Assembly: GCA_016184225.1 (NCBI GenBank)
Contig: JACPDA010000004.1
Location: 6,800-70,799, forward strand
From: Candidatus Daviesbacteria bacterium
GTDB taxonomy: Bacteria; Patescibacteriota; Microgenomatia; Daviesbacterales; UBA10151
Length of the DNA: 64,000 nucleotides
Direction of reading: 5' to 3'
Under the pieces are notes generated by a model. The model did no database searches and had not been told where the DNA came from. It saw nothing but the letters and a program-made list of their open reading frames with translations. Shown here piece by piece: positions 39,676 through 49,741 of this stretch; position 1 is the stretch's first letter; every line of letters begins with the position of its first letter. The position numbers and the translations under genes are program-made.

Positions 39676-41889
39676 TCAAGGATTTAATAGTTTCATTTCT
39701 CCCCAGTTCTTACCAACTTTGAGGTCAACTATGACAGGCACTGAAAGTTTGAGAGCATTTTCCATTTTTTCTTTCACCATTTTCCCCACTTCGCGAACGC
39801 TTCGCGGGGTGCATTCAAACAAAAGCTCATCATGAACCTGGAGAATAAGTGAACAGTGCTGAGTGCTAAGTGCTAAGTCCTTTTTCCCACTTTGCACTTT
39901 TCCCTTTGCACTTAACACTTTCCCAATCTCCACCATGGCCTTTTTAATCATATCAGCCGCCGTGCCTTGGACCGGATGGTTGACTGCAGCTCGCTCCCCG
40001 GCTGCCCTGATCATCCGATTCCCCACTTTTAACTCCGGAATATACCTTTTCCTGCCCCAAATGGTCTCCACAAAACCGTTCTCATAGCCAAATGCCAAAG
40101 TATCTTCCGTCCATTTCCTGACTTTGGGAAATTCGGCAAAATACTCATCAATATACTGGCGGGCCAACTCATATGGCACTTCCAGTTGGCGGGAGAGCGC
40201 ATGCGGCCCCTGGCCATAAAGGGTGGCAAAATTCATGGTTTTACCCACCATCCGCTGCTCTCTTGTCACCTTTTCCAAAGAGACATTAAAGATTTTTGAA
40301 GCAGTTAAGGCATGAATATCTACTCCTTCCTTAAAAGCTTTTTTCAAACCCGGGTCATCTGCCAAATGGGCCATAATCCGCAGTTCAATCTGTGAGTAAT
40401 CAGCTGTTAGCAACACCTTACCTTTGGGGGCCACAAATGCTTTCCGAATTTCTCCTCCGGCCTCGCCTTTAATGGGAATATTTTGTAAATTAGGGTCTTT
40501 GGAAGAAAGCCTGCCGGTAGCAGCCCCTTCTACATTAAAAGTGGAATGGATCCTACCGGTGCTATCTACAAATTTAGGCAGGGCATCAATATAGGTGGAA
40601 ACCAGCTTAAATAATTGCCGGTATTCCAGCATCAGTGGCACTGCCGGATGGGTTAGCGCTAACTCACGCAGGGTGGCTTCATCAGTGGAACGGCCGGTTT
40701 TGGTTTTTCTCACCACCGGCAGCTTTAGCTCATCAAACAGCACTTCTGACAACTGCTTTGGGCTGTTCAGATTGAACTGATGTCCTACTTTTGAGTAAAT
40801 CTCCTTTTCAATCTTGGCTAATCTGGCTTTTAGCTGTTTGCCAAACCTGCTTAAAAACTTCAGGTCAATTAATACCCCGGCCTCTGACATTCTTTTAAGA
40901 ACAGGCTCTACCTGATGATCCAAATCTGCTGTTTGCTGGTTTTGTGTCATTCTGGCTTGTCCAGAATCCTCTTCTTTAGATTCTGGAGTCCTCACTGCGT
41001 TCGTCCCCAGAATGACATTTTGGGAACCGGAAACCCTGGCTATCAAACTTTTGAATTCGAGTTCTTCAAACAACTTAACCACTTTTTCTTTATCAAAATC
41101 GTGCACTATACATTCTTTCAAATTAAGCTTAATTGGTGCTTTTAAATCCAAAGTAGCCAGTCTTTTGCTCATCACGGCAGATTCTGCCCCCTCGGAAAGC
41201 AGTGTTTGCATCCTCTCCGGCAAGGTTTTCAGATTTTCAGATTTGTAAATATTTTCAACTGAACCAAACTGGTGAATCAATTTAGTGGCTGTGACATCAC
41301 CAATTCCCGGCACCCCGGGAATATTATCCGAGGCATCCCCGGAGAGCCCTTTATAATCAGTTAATTGTTTTGGGAAAAAGCCATATTTGGCCACAAACTC
41401 CTCCAGTCCATATAATCCTACATCTGCCAGGGTTTTTTTGGGCATAAACACCTTAACTTTCTTATCAATCAGCTGCATGATATCCCGATCCCCGGTCACA
41501 ATAATAGTTTCCAAATCCGTTTCTTTCTCTGTTTGCTTTGCCAAGGTTCCGATTAAATCATCTGCCTCATAACCTGCCAGCTTAAACTCCGGAATATTAA
41601 AAGCTTTAGTTATCTCATGCACCCTTTTGTATTGACCGGATAAACCCTCATCAGTGGCAGTCCGGGTGGCTTTATACTGGGTATAAGCTTGATGCCGGAA
41701 AGTCGGACCCTTTTCATCCCAGGCAATAGCCAAATACCGCGGGTGCAGCTCCGAAATCACCCTTAAAACCATGGAGGAAAAGCCGTATACGGCATTGACC
41801 AACTCACCCGAGGAGGTAGTAAAAGGCGGTGTGGCATGATAGGCTCGGTGCAACAGGGCATTCCCATCCACTAATACTAAACGTTTCAT
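39676..41889 (-). CDS. polA: DNA polymerase I (5'-3' exonuclease plus polymerase; 3'-5' exonuclease domain largely absent)
   Basis: EADD, TGRLSS, ADYSQIELR, QVHDEL. Confidence 0.97.
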   Translation of the reverse strand: MKRLVLVDGNALLHRAYHATPPFTTSSGELVNAVYGFSSMVLRVISELHPRYLAIAWDEKGPTFRHQAYTQYKATRTATDEGLSGQYKRVHEITKAFNIPEFKLAGYEADDLIGTLAKQTEKETDLETIIVTGDRDIMQLIDKKVKVFMPKKTLADVGLYGLEEFVAKYGFFPKQLTDYKGLSGDASDNIPGVPGIGDVTATKLIHQFGSVENIYKSENLKTLPERMQTLLSEGAESAVMSKRLATLDLKAPIKLNLKECIVHDFDKEKVVKLFEELEFKSLIARVSGSQNVILGTNAVRTPESKEEDSGQARMTQNQQTADLDHQVEPVLKRMSEAGVLIDLKFLSRFGKQLKARLAKIEKEIYSKVGHQFNLNSPKQLSEVLFDELKLPVVRKTKTGRSTDEATLRELALTHPAVPLMLEYRQLFKLVSTYIDALPKFVDSTGRIHSTFNVEGAATGRLSSKDPNLQNIPIKGEAGGEIRKAFVAPKGKVLLTADYSQIELRIMAHLADDPGLKKAFKEGVDIHALTASKIFNVSLEKVTREQRMVGKTMNFATLYGQGPHALSRQLEVPYELARQYIDEYFAEFPKVRKWTEDTLAFGYENGFVETIWGRKRYIPELKVGNRMIRAAGERAAVNHPVQGTAADMIKKAMVEIGKVLSAKGKVQSGKKDLALSTQHCSLILQVHDELLFECTPRSVREVGKMVKEKMENALKLSVPVIVDLKVGKNWGEMKLLNP

Positions 41890-41966
41890 GCGTAGATTGT
41901 AGCATTATCCAATCTTTGTGTCACTTGAAGTCTTGACACCCATTATCAAACTGTTATAATTATAAT

Positions 41967-42221
41967 ATGAATACTATACTTCAGGTCCCTATTAGTAAAC
42001 AGTTGCGTGACCAGGCTGCATCTTCCGCCCACAAAATGGGTTTTTCTTCCCTGCAGGAAACAGTCAGGGTTTTTCTGAGGCAGTTGGCAGAAGAAGAAAT
42101 CAAGGTTCGCTTCGAAGAAACAGTCAAACTCTCTCCTAAGGCAATCAAGCGTTATAACAAGATGATTGATGAAATAGAACAAGGCAAGGTTAAAATGAAG
42201 TCGTTTTCTGATGTTAAATGA
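41967..42221 (+). CDS. RelB/DinJ-like antitoxin, probably C-terminally truncated
   Basis: RHH-like N-terminus, GFSSLQETVRVFL. Confidence 0.6.
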   Translation: MNTILQVPISKQLRDQAASSAHKMGFSSLQETVRVFLRQLAEEEIKVRFEETVKLSPKAIKRYNKMIDEIEQGKVKMKSFSDVK

Positions 42222-42264
42222 AGTTATCTTTTTTGATATCGGATCCCACAATCAAGTATATTAA
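42217..42264 (+). pseudogene. C-terminal remnant of a RelE/YafQ-like toxin
   Basis: NEVIFFDIGSHNQVY* resembles FFYKIGTHDEVY of the intact toxin at 60477. Confidence 0.65.
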
Positions 42265-42373
42265 ACAGTCAGATAATTACATATAATTACATACATTTAG
42301 ACGATCGTATCAATGTGCGTTCAAACCAATTTGGTGTGCGATCGCATCATGAATTGGTACGATGGATTGTAGC

Positions 42374-43372
42374 TTACTTAAACAAACCCCTGGCAAACTC
42401 TAAATACTCCGGATGACCATTTGCTGCCATAAAGTACCACCACTCTACTCCCCAAAGATAGGCTTTATCAAAGCCGGTTTTTTGAGCAAAAGTTGTGTAA
42501 TTTTTTAAGTCTTGAGTTGTAAAAACCTTGGCTTGCTCCTTAGCTGATATAAAATTACCATCTGCCAACCAAGGTTCAGCCTGAAGTTCCGCAATAACAG
42601 TCTTCTGGTTGTTTTTGGCGAAAAAGTACCGCACTAAATTTGACTTAATACCATAAAAGAACGGCGGGACAGGATAAGTCACATACCCCAACCACTTGTC
42701 ATAAACCTGCCTATAGACAGTGGTACCAAATATATCTGACATTTGCATGGAAGTAACCCATAAACCCAATTCTCCTGAATCTGTCATAATAACAGGCTTA
42801 TTACTAATACTCCTGACCAATTCAACCTCTCTCTTGAGAAATTGCTTATCAAGAAGATTGCAGTCCTCGCCAAAGCCTTTTAACAATGGTTCATTCTCCA
42901 CCTGCCAAGCCCAAACCGCCCCCTCATCCTTGTACCTTTCTATCACCTTCTCTACCAACTTCAATGCTGTTTTTTGTCTCTGCTCGACCGGCAAACCCTT
43001 GGCCCAAGCCGGGATATGGCATTCCGGCCAGCGGGGCTGCCTGACCCCTACCACTAAAATTACCTTGGCGCTCCTCTTGCCTGCTTCAGCGAGCAGATAA
43101 TCCGTCTGTGTAAAATCATATTGCCCCCTTTCAGATTCCACGATATCCCAATAACTGAGAAGTCTTAAGTTTCTAACTTGCAAATTATCCAGTATTTGGG
43201 TATAAACTTCCTGCCAGTCTAGTTTCAAATACCTGGCATATTTGGGAGAAAAAGTCACTCCATATTTAACCGGATAAGTAGCGCTCTGGGGGAAAATCAG
43301 ACTGACAAAAACCACCAGAACTGCCGCTATACCAAATAAGATGATGACAGTTTTTCTGGACAGTTTCTTCAT
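42374..43372 (-). CDS. Clan GH-A glycoside hydrolase-like protein
   Basis: WQVENEP, AELQAEPW, N-terminal TM. Confidence 0.75.
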   Translation of the reverse strand: MKKLSRKTVIILFGIAAVLVVFVSLIFPQSATYPVKYGVTFSPKYARYLKLDWQEVYTQILDNLQVRNLRLLSYWDIVESERGQYDFTQTDYLLAEAGKRSAKVILVVGVRQPRWPECHIPAWAKGLPVEQRQKTALKLVEKVIERYKDEGAVWAWQVENEPLLKGFGEDCNLLDKQFLKREVELVRSISNKPVIMTDSGELGLWVTSMQMSDIFGTTVYRQVYDKWLGYVTYPVPPFFYGIKSNLVRYFFAKNNQKTVIAELQAEPWLADGNFISAKEQAKVFTTQDLKNYTTFAQKTGFDKAYLWGVEWWYFMAANGHPEYLEFARGLFK

Positions 43373-43375
43373 ATT

Positions 43376-44149
43376 TTAAGGGCGTTTCCTGGGCTGGTCT
43401 GCTGCCGTAAAATGACCAAATTCATACTTAAGTGGGATATCCTTATAGCCTTTTCGCACGATACGGAAAAACGACCAGATACTTTTTAGAGTAAGCTTAA
43501 TTCGACCTTCTTTCTCAAACCGTCTGGGTGAGGTATGAATTTTAGGGTCGCTGATTATTGAAAATTTACCTCCTGCTTTGACCAGACGATAAACTATCTC
43601 AAAATCCTCCCCCACGGTAATATTCTCATCAAAACCCCCTATCCTCTCAAAGGTTTGTCTTTTGATGTACATGTTGATACCGGTGGCCAGTGGCCAAATC
43701 GGCTTAAGGATTTTAAAAAGTAAATCCATGGCAGTAAAAAATACTTTATCCTTCCAGTAATTGGTGGTCGGATTATTGGTTACTACTGCCAAGTCCGGAT
43801 TTGTCTTTTTGATTTGTTCAAAGTACCGTTTTAAGACATTTGCTCCCCGCAGCTCTGTATCCGCATCCAAAAATAGTAGGTGCCGGGCGCTGGTGTGTTG
43901 GGCACCGAAGTTTCGCTGGCGGGAAACAGTAAATTTCGGGATTTGAAAAAGCTTAAGTTGGGGCAGCAGACTTTGTCTTAACTTAACTTGCTCTACTGTT
44001 TGATCCTGTGAGTAAACATCAACTACTACTATTTCCTTGGGCCAAACAGCTTGTTTGATAATCGAATCCAACAAATACCCCACAAAATGCTCTTCATTTA
44101 AAGTCGGGATCACAATCGCTAAATCAATTCTCTCTTGGTGCTTATGCAT
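43376..44149 (-). CDS. Glycosyltransferase family 2
   Basis: IPTLNEE, FLDAD, GGFDE, ED. Confidence 0.92.
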   Translation of the reverse strand: MHKHQERIDLAIVIPTLNEEHFVGYLLDSIIKQAVWPKEIVVVDVYSQDQTVEQVKLRQSLLPQLKLFQIPKFTVSRQRNFGAQHTSARHLLFLDADTELRGANVLKRYFEQIKKTNPDLAVVTNNPTTNYWKDKVFFTAMDLLFKILKPIWPLATGINMYIKRQTFERIGGFDENITVGEDFEIVYRLVKAGGKFSIISDPKIHTSPRRFEKEGRIKLTLKSIWSFFRIVRKGYKDIPLKYEFGHFTAADQPRKRP

Positions 44150-44180
44150 AAATCCATTTTATCAGATATAATCACTTAAT

Positions 44181-45344
44181 ATGAAAATTGCATACTTCAC
44201 AGATACCTTCCTACCCCAGCTAAATGGGGTGGCAACAGCTTTGGCAAACCAAGCCTCTGAACTAGGAGCAAGAGGTCATAGCATTTTAATTTTTACTCCT
44301 AAAGTAGACCATATCAAGAGAAAAAAATTTAAAGCTGAAAATGTCCAACTAGTGTACTTACCTGCAGTTTCCGCCCTACTTTACCCTGAATTCAAACTAG
44401 GAATATTTGGCCTACCTAAAGTTATTAAGCATCTAGTCAGGTTTAAACCAGATATTATCCATCTTCATTCCCCTTTAACAGTAGGGGCAGATGCAATCAT
44501 GGCAGCAAAAATTTTCAATAAACCTTTGGTAGGGACCATTCACGTATATATTCCTGAGTCGGCATATCTTAGATGGTTAAAATATGGGCTAGCAGTAAAG
44601 ATTGTAGATAGCGTGGTAGAACGTTATATGAACTTTATGTTCGCCCAATGCGACCTTGTATTGGCTCCTTCAAAGATGTTAATTGAAGAATTGGGTAAAA
44701 ACGGCTTTAAAAAACCAATTTCCTATTTACCAAACGGTGTTAGTTTAACAAAACTTGAGCCTTTATCAGATAAAACCACCAATGCTTTAAAGAAAAAATA
44801 CGGCCTTAAAGAAAAAGTGGTGCTGCATTTTGGCAGATTGTCACACGAAAAGAATGTTGACATACTGATTAAGTCTTTTTATCTCCTTGCTAAAAAACAT
44901 TCAAATGTCAGCTTACTGATTATCGGTGACGGGCCAGCCAAAAAAAAGCTCATCCAATTGACCAAAAAATTAAGGATAGAAAAAGCCGTGGTCTTCACCG
45001 GATTCATGGAACATCAGACCCTTATTTCTTCCGGCATCTTAAGTTTAGGTGATATTTTTGCAACAGCCAGCACTATGGAAAATAATCCAATGGTCGTACT
45101 CGAGGCCATGATGTTTGGCTTACCTATTGTTGGGGTAAAACAGGCAGGCCTGATAGAGCTAATCTCCTCTAACGGTTTCCTGGTTAAACCCGGAGATATC
45201 AAAGAAATGGCGGAAAAGATGGAAAAGATATTATTCGATGAAAAATTATCTAGCCGGATGAAAGAAAAATCGCTACAGCTTATAAAACCATATTCCGTTG
45301 ATAAAGCTGTTGATAAACTTTTAGGATTATATCGCACCCTCTAA
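44181..45344 (+). CDS. Glycosyltransferase family 4 (glycolipid synthase-like)
   Basis: DTFLPQLNGV, GRLSHEKN, ENNPMVVLEA. Confidence 0.9.
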   Translation: MKIAYFTDTFLPQLNGVATALANQASELGARGHSILIFTPKVDHIKRKKFKAENVQLVYLPAVSALLYPEFKLGIFGLPKVIKHLVRFKPDIIHLHSPLTVGADAIMAAKIFNKPLVGTIHVYIPESAYLRWLKYGLAVKIVDSVVERYMNFMFAQCDLVLAPSKMLIEELGKNGFKKPISYLPNGVSLTKLEPLSDKTTNALKKKYGLKEKVVLHFGRLSHEKNVDILIKSFYLLAKKHSNVSLLIIGDGPAKKKLIQLTKKLRIEKAVVFTGFMEHQTLISSGILSLGDIFATASTMENNPMVVLEAMMFGLPIVGVKQAGLIELISSNGFLVKPGDIKEMAEKMEKILFDEKLSSRMKEKSLQLIKPYSVDKAVDKLLGLYRTL

Positions 45345-45971
45345 GCATGTCTTGGCCCGATCGGCCAGTACTTTCCTTTCCACCTCATTTAAAGCCGAAG
45401 AGCTGGCCTCCTTGGACAAAAAACTACACCCGGAGAGTTTCGAATTAATAACCTGTTCTGATAAGGCCGGTTGAGGCTCTGGGAGTAAACTAAATCTATC
45501 AATCAGCTCCTGTTCCCATTCTGACAACCTATAAATAGCAGCCCTGAGGGACCTTTTTGCTTTTGGATCTGACGCTTCCTCAAATGCTCCTAACAAATCA
45601 TTCATCTGCAGTACTACTGCCCGGCTGACTCGCCCTGCCATATCCTTATTATTTAAGTCTAAAATACCCCTTAACTGTCCTAAGGAAGACCAATATTTTT
45701 CCAGCGTGGGTTGTATCAGATATTCCTCCGGGGTTTTAACCAGGCTGTTAACTTCCCTAATTCTCCGATTGGCGAATTCTAACTTATATAAGGCCTTAAC
45801 ATGTGTGCTTCCGGCAAATTTGATCTCCAAAATTTCCCGGATTGATTTCAAAAAATACAAAGGTGAAGCCGCGTTAATCCGAGCCAGACCAATATCAGGA
45901 GATTGGGCATAAGCCGGAGCAATGTAAAATGTCAAAAGCCACAGAATTAACCCAATTGTAAATTTCTTCAC
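45327..45971 (-). CDS. Secreted helical protein (DUF5667-like)
   Basis: Signal peptide, SPLYFLKSIRE. Confidence 0.6.
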   Translation of the reverse strand: MKKFTIGLILWLLTFYIAPAYAQSPDIGLARINAASPLYFLKSIREILEIKFAGSTHVKALYKLEFANRRIREVNSLVKTPEEYLIQPTLEKYWSSLGQLRGILDLNNKDMAGRVSRAVVLQMNDLLGAFEEASDPKAKRSLRAAIYRLSEWEQELIDRFSLLPEPQPALSEQVINSKLSGCSFLSKEASSSALNEVERKVLADRAKTCLEGAI

Positions 45972-45975
45972 TTCC

Positions 45976-47100
45976 CTATTTTACCACTTCAGCTTGCCGG
46001 GTAAAATATTGCTCTCTGACTGATGAAGGAAAAGCTTCCTCGTACGCTTCATCAAAAACCGCGACAAAATTTAAAGGAATCACCGAACTTTTTCTGGTTC
46101 TATGAATTAAATTTATAAATGCCTCTTTAACAGTCACATGATCATCGTTTGCTTGACTGTAACTAGTAAGTTCTGTCAAACTGTCCAGATCCACAATCCG
46201 GCCGTCCAGGGTAATGTTATGGGAGTTGAGGTAACGATGATACCAACCATTTTTATGCATCAAGCCAACACTCTGCCCTAAAACCTTACCAAACCATTTC
46301 AGATAATCCTCTTCCGAAAGAGTCTCCAAGGCTAACTCCTGGCCGACAATTCGTCTGGCATCATCAAGAGGAACCTGAAGAGGAATCCGGCGCTGTTTGA
46401 GATAAGAACCTGTGATATCCGTAATCCTGGCTCTGGTGGCAAAAGCCCGAACTTCCACGGCCGGCTTAAAATCACCATCTATAATCCCCGCTCTTCTGGC
46501 TTCCTTTAAAGATAACTTTTCCCCTTGAGCGATTATTTCTTCAAGGCCGATGACTGCCATCACCCGGCAGGTTCTGATGCCGGCATTTAAGAACTCTTCT
46601 GTTAATTGATAATCTGCCAGTGCGATATCCACATCGAGCAAACCGAGCCTGGTTTTATCATCATCTCCTACCAGACCAGGCTGCCAAACCTTAAGCGCTT
46701 TCCTACCAGGAGGAGTATTAATAAATCCCATCCCCTTAAGGTCAATATCCCGGTATAACCGGCCCTGTCGGTCTTTAAAAATTACCCTGCCCAAAATAGC
46801 CGAGCGGCCATGCTTTGGCCAGGCCTCCAGAATTCTGCTGCCTTTGGGAAGTTCGGGAAGAACCCATTGTGGGGGATTCCGAAGAGCAGTGTCGGCAAAT
46901 AAACCTAAGGGGCAAGGTTGGCCTTTTTCCAATTTGAATGGCATTTCAATTTCCGAATTGACTGTCAAAACTGTATTTTTAACCTGGGAAAAAAGTATCA
47001 GATGTTCCTGCCATCTTTTGCGGGTTAACTCATGCAGTGTTTTGGCCTCACCAGTGGGGAAATTGGGTTTTACTTCCATCGCAGACTCGCCATCAGACAT
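45976..47100 (-). CDS. Kinase-fold (SelO-like) hypothetical protein
   Basis: HGRSA, DLKGMG, HRYLNSHN, IVDLD in SelO-like order. Confidence 0.5.
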   Translation of the reverse strand: MSDGESAMEVKPNFPTGEAKTLHELTRKRWQEHLILFSQVKNTVLTVNSEIEMPFKLEKGQPCPLGLFADTALRNPPQWVLPELPKGSRILEAWPKHGRSAILGRVIFKDRQGRLYRDIDLKGMGFINTPPGRKALKVWQPGLVGDDDKTRLGLLDVDIALADYQLTEEFLNAGIRTCRVMAVIGLEEIIAQGEKLSLKEARRAGIIDGDFKPAVEVRAFATRARITDITGSYLKQRRIPLQVPLDDARRIVGQELALETLSEEDYLKWFGKVLGQSVGLMHKNGWYHRYLNSHNITLDGRIVDLDSLTELTSYSQANDDHVTVKEAFINLIHRTRKSSVIPLNFVAVFDEAYEEAFPSSVREQYFTRQAEVVK

Positions 47101-47119
47101 ACTTTAAATTCTACCATAG

Positions 47120-47173
47120 CTAGCCCGAAGTTTTCTTCTTCCCGACTATTTTCTCAAGCTCATCCGGTTCTAA
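47120..47173 (-). repeat. Displaced copy of the ftsH 3' end
   Basis: [17 protein letters not shown] versus fts[16 protein letters not shown]. Confidence 0.85.
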
Positions 47174-47546
47174 ATTCCTTAGCCAACTTTAAGTCAAAAG
47201 TTCTAAACGATTTTACATTCTGCTCCCTTGCAAAAGTAAGATTATAACAATCTTCTAAGCTTAAGTTCGCTTCGGCAAATAAATGGACGCTACTAACTAA
47301 CAATTGATGTTTATCAAATTCAATATTCAATTTTAGCAATTTGTCCAAAATTTCTACCAATGTTTGTTTATCTTTTCCATAAGTTGAGCGCAACACCCAA
47401 AAGACTTCGAAAAACACCACTGTTGAGCTTATAAGTTCTTCCTCTCCTTTTCCAGCCAGCAGGAAAAGATTTTTTGCTTCTTGGTATTGACTCCCAATAT
47501 CCTTTAGGAGAAATCGCAAAAAATAGTTGGTGTCAACGAAAATCAT
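47160..47546 (-). CDS. PIN-domain (VapC-like) toxin
   Basis: FVDTN, LSLEDC, TFD. Confidence 0.88.
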   Translation of the reverse strand: MIFVDTNYFLRFLLKDIGSQYQEAKNLFLLAGKGEEELISSTVVFFEVFWVLRSTYGKDKQTLVEILDKLLKLNIEFDKHQLLVSSVHLFAEANLSLEDCYNLTFAREQNVKSFRTFDLKLAKEFRTG

Positions 47547-47803
47547 TTCAGTCGGTATTTTTCTTTAAAATATTCATCTTTGGCTTGCTCCACAATCCGG
47601 TCAATGCTTGCGCCTTTCCACCTTTTTGGCATAGGCACAGACCCTGCCAACTCCTCCACTAATCTCTCGGCGGGAGTGAGTACTAATCTGCCATTTTCTT
47701 CGGAAACAATGACCTTTTGGCCTATTCTTAAACCCGCTTTGCGAAAAAGCTCAGCTGGCAAAGTAAGTTGTTTCTTGCTGGTAATAGTGGCTAACTGATT
47801 CAT
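47543..47803 (-). CDS. AbrB/MazE-type antitoxin
   Basis: TITSKKQLTLP; coupled to the PIN gene. Confidence 0.85.
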   Translation of the reverse strand: MNQLATITSKKQLTLPAELFRKAGLRIGQKVIVSEENGRLVLTPAERLVEELAGSVPMPKRWKGASIDRIVEQAKDEYFKEKYRLK

Positions 47804-47856
47804 ACAAGGATATTATACCATATGCAAGGAAGATTTGCAAAAACAAGGAAGAGTTT

Positions 47857-49701
47857 CTAATTTTTCTTCTTCCCCACAATTTTTTCAAACTCATCTGATT
47901 CCAGAGTTTCTTTTTCGAGAAGCTCTTTAGCCACAGCATCCAGCTTGACTTTATGCTTTCTTAATAAATCCTGGGCGTTTTTATAGCAGGAATCCATTAT
48001 TTTCTTCATTTCCGCATCCACCGCATCGTGCATCTTGGGTGAAAGTTCAGATCCTTCATCCATCCCCCGCCAAATTCCAAACATCGACCTGGGATTAACA
48101 CTGATCGGTCCCAAGCTTGACATACCATATTGAGTCACCATGGCCCTGGCAATACTCATGGCCACCTCAATATCAGATGCTGCCCCAGTGGAAATATCTT
48201 TGAAAATTAAATCCTCTGATGCCTGGCCGCCTAAAGCTGCTGTGATTTGGTCAACTAAACGCGACCTGCTCTCGTTTGACCGGTCTTCTGTAGGTGGAAA
48301 CAAGGTGTGGCCGCCGGACATACCTCTGGAAACAATGGAAATACGATGTACCGGATCAACATTTTTTAAGAAATGCCCGACTATTGCATGGCCTGCCTCA
48401 TGATATGCGGCCAATTTACGATCTTGTTCAGACTGCATCCTTTTCCTTTGCGGCCCTAACTTCTCTTTAGTGGCTGCCTCTTCCAGATCTTTACTATCTA
48501 TAGCCTTCTTCCCTTCGCGAGCGGCGAGGATAGCCGCTTCGTTTAACATATTGGCCAAATCCGCTCCGGAGAATCCAACAGTCCGCCGGGCCAGTTTTTC
48601 TGTTGAAACATCTTTGGTGAAGGGCTTGCCTTTCATATGCAATTCAATAATGGCTTTTCGCTCTGTCAAATCAGGCAGGCTTAAAACCACTCTTCTATCA
48701 AAACGGCCGGGCCTGATTAAGGCAGCATCCAATAAATCAGGTCTGTTGGTCGCTGCCAGAATTATTACCCGTTCATTAGGGGTAAAACCATCCATCTCCA
48801 CCAAAATTTGATTTAAGGTTTGTTCACGCTCGTCATGTCCGCCGGAAATACCCATGCCGCGCTGCCGACCGATTGATTCAATCTCGTCTACGAAAATAAT
48901 GGCCGGAGCAGCTTTCTTGGCTTGAGCAAACATATCCCTGACTCTGGCTGCACCCACTCCCACTAACATTTCCATAAATTCCGACCCAGCAATGGAAAAA
49001 AACGGCACTCCGGCTTCCCCGGCCACTGCTCTTGAAATTAAAGTTTTCCCTGTTCCGGCAGGCCCTACCAATAACACTCCTTTAGGAATTCTTGCCCCTA
49101 ATGCCTTAAATTTATCCGGGGTTTTAAGAAATTCCACTATTTCGGACAGCTCGCGCTTAGCTTCCTCTGCGCCTGCTACATCAGTAAATTTAATCTGCGG
49201 AGAATCTTTGGTAAAAAGCCGGGCTCGGGATTGAGCAAAAGAGAAAATTCCCTGGCCTGCCTCCCGGGCATTGCGGAAAAGAAAGATCATAAGACCGACC
49301 AAAATTAAAATAGGTAAAACTGCAGATAATATTCCTATCCAAGCTTGCTGCAATGACAAATCCTTAACTTCAATAGTCACGGATTTGGGGTCAACCCCGG
49401 AAGATTCCAGAATCTTATAGATAGACTCACCGGCTTCTTTATGAGAGGTGAGTTTCTGATCAGAATCTTTTACCTCGGCGGTTATTTTATCTCCTTCAAG
49501 GGAGATTTTTTCAATTTTTCCGTCTTTGGTATCAGTGATAATTTGCGAGATCGGCACCTCACTGCCAGAAGTAGTAGGCCCGCCGGAGACTTGATAGAAG
49601 AAAATCAACGCAGCCAAAGCAATTAAAATATAGATGACCAAACCCCTGACAACAGCCCAAACTTTCTTATTTACATTAATCTTCCTTTTACCATTTGCCA
49701 T
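47857..49701 (-). CDS. ftsH: ATP-dependent zinc metalloprotease FtsH
   Basis: Two [22 protein letters not shown]. Confidence 0.98.
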   Translation of the reverse strand: MANGKRKINVNKKVWAVVRGLVIYILIALAALIFFYQVSGGPTTSGSEVPISQIITDTKDGKIEKISLEGDKITAEVKDSDQKLTSHKEAGESIYKILESSGVDPKSVTIEVKDLSLQQAWIGILSAVLPILILVGLMIFLFRNAREAGQGIFSFAQSRARLFTKDSPQIKFTDVAGAEEAKRELSEIVEFLKTPDKFKALGARIPKGVLLVGPAGTGKTLISRAVAGEAGVPFFSIAGSEFMEMLVGVGAARVRDMFAQAKKAAPAIIFVDEIESIGRQRGMGISGGHDEREQTLNQILVEMDGFTPNERVIILAATNRPDLLDAALIRPGRFDRRVVLSLPDLTERKAIIELHMKGKPFTKDVSTEKLARRTVGFSGADLANMLNEAAILAAREGKKAIDSKDLEEAATKEKLGPQRKRMQSEQDRKLAAYHEAGHAIVGHFLKNVDPVHRISIVSRGMSGGHTLFPPTEDRSNESRSRLVDQITAALGGQASEDLIFKDISTGAASDIEVAMSIARAMVTQYGMSSLGPISVNPRSMFGIWRGMDEGSELSPKMHDAVDAEMKKIMDSCYKNAQDLLRKHKVKLDAVAKELLEKETLESDEFEKIVGKKKN

Positions 49702-49741
49702 ACCGGCAATTCTAGCACACTTAGCCTGAAATTGCTAGGTT

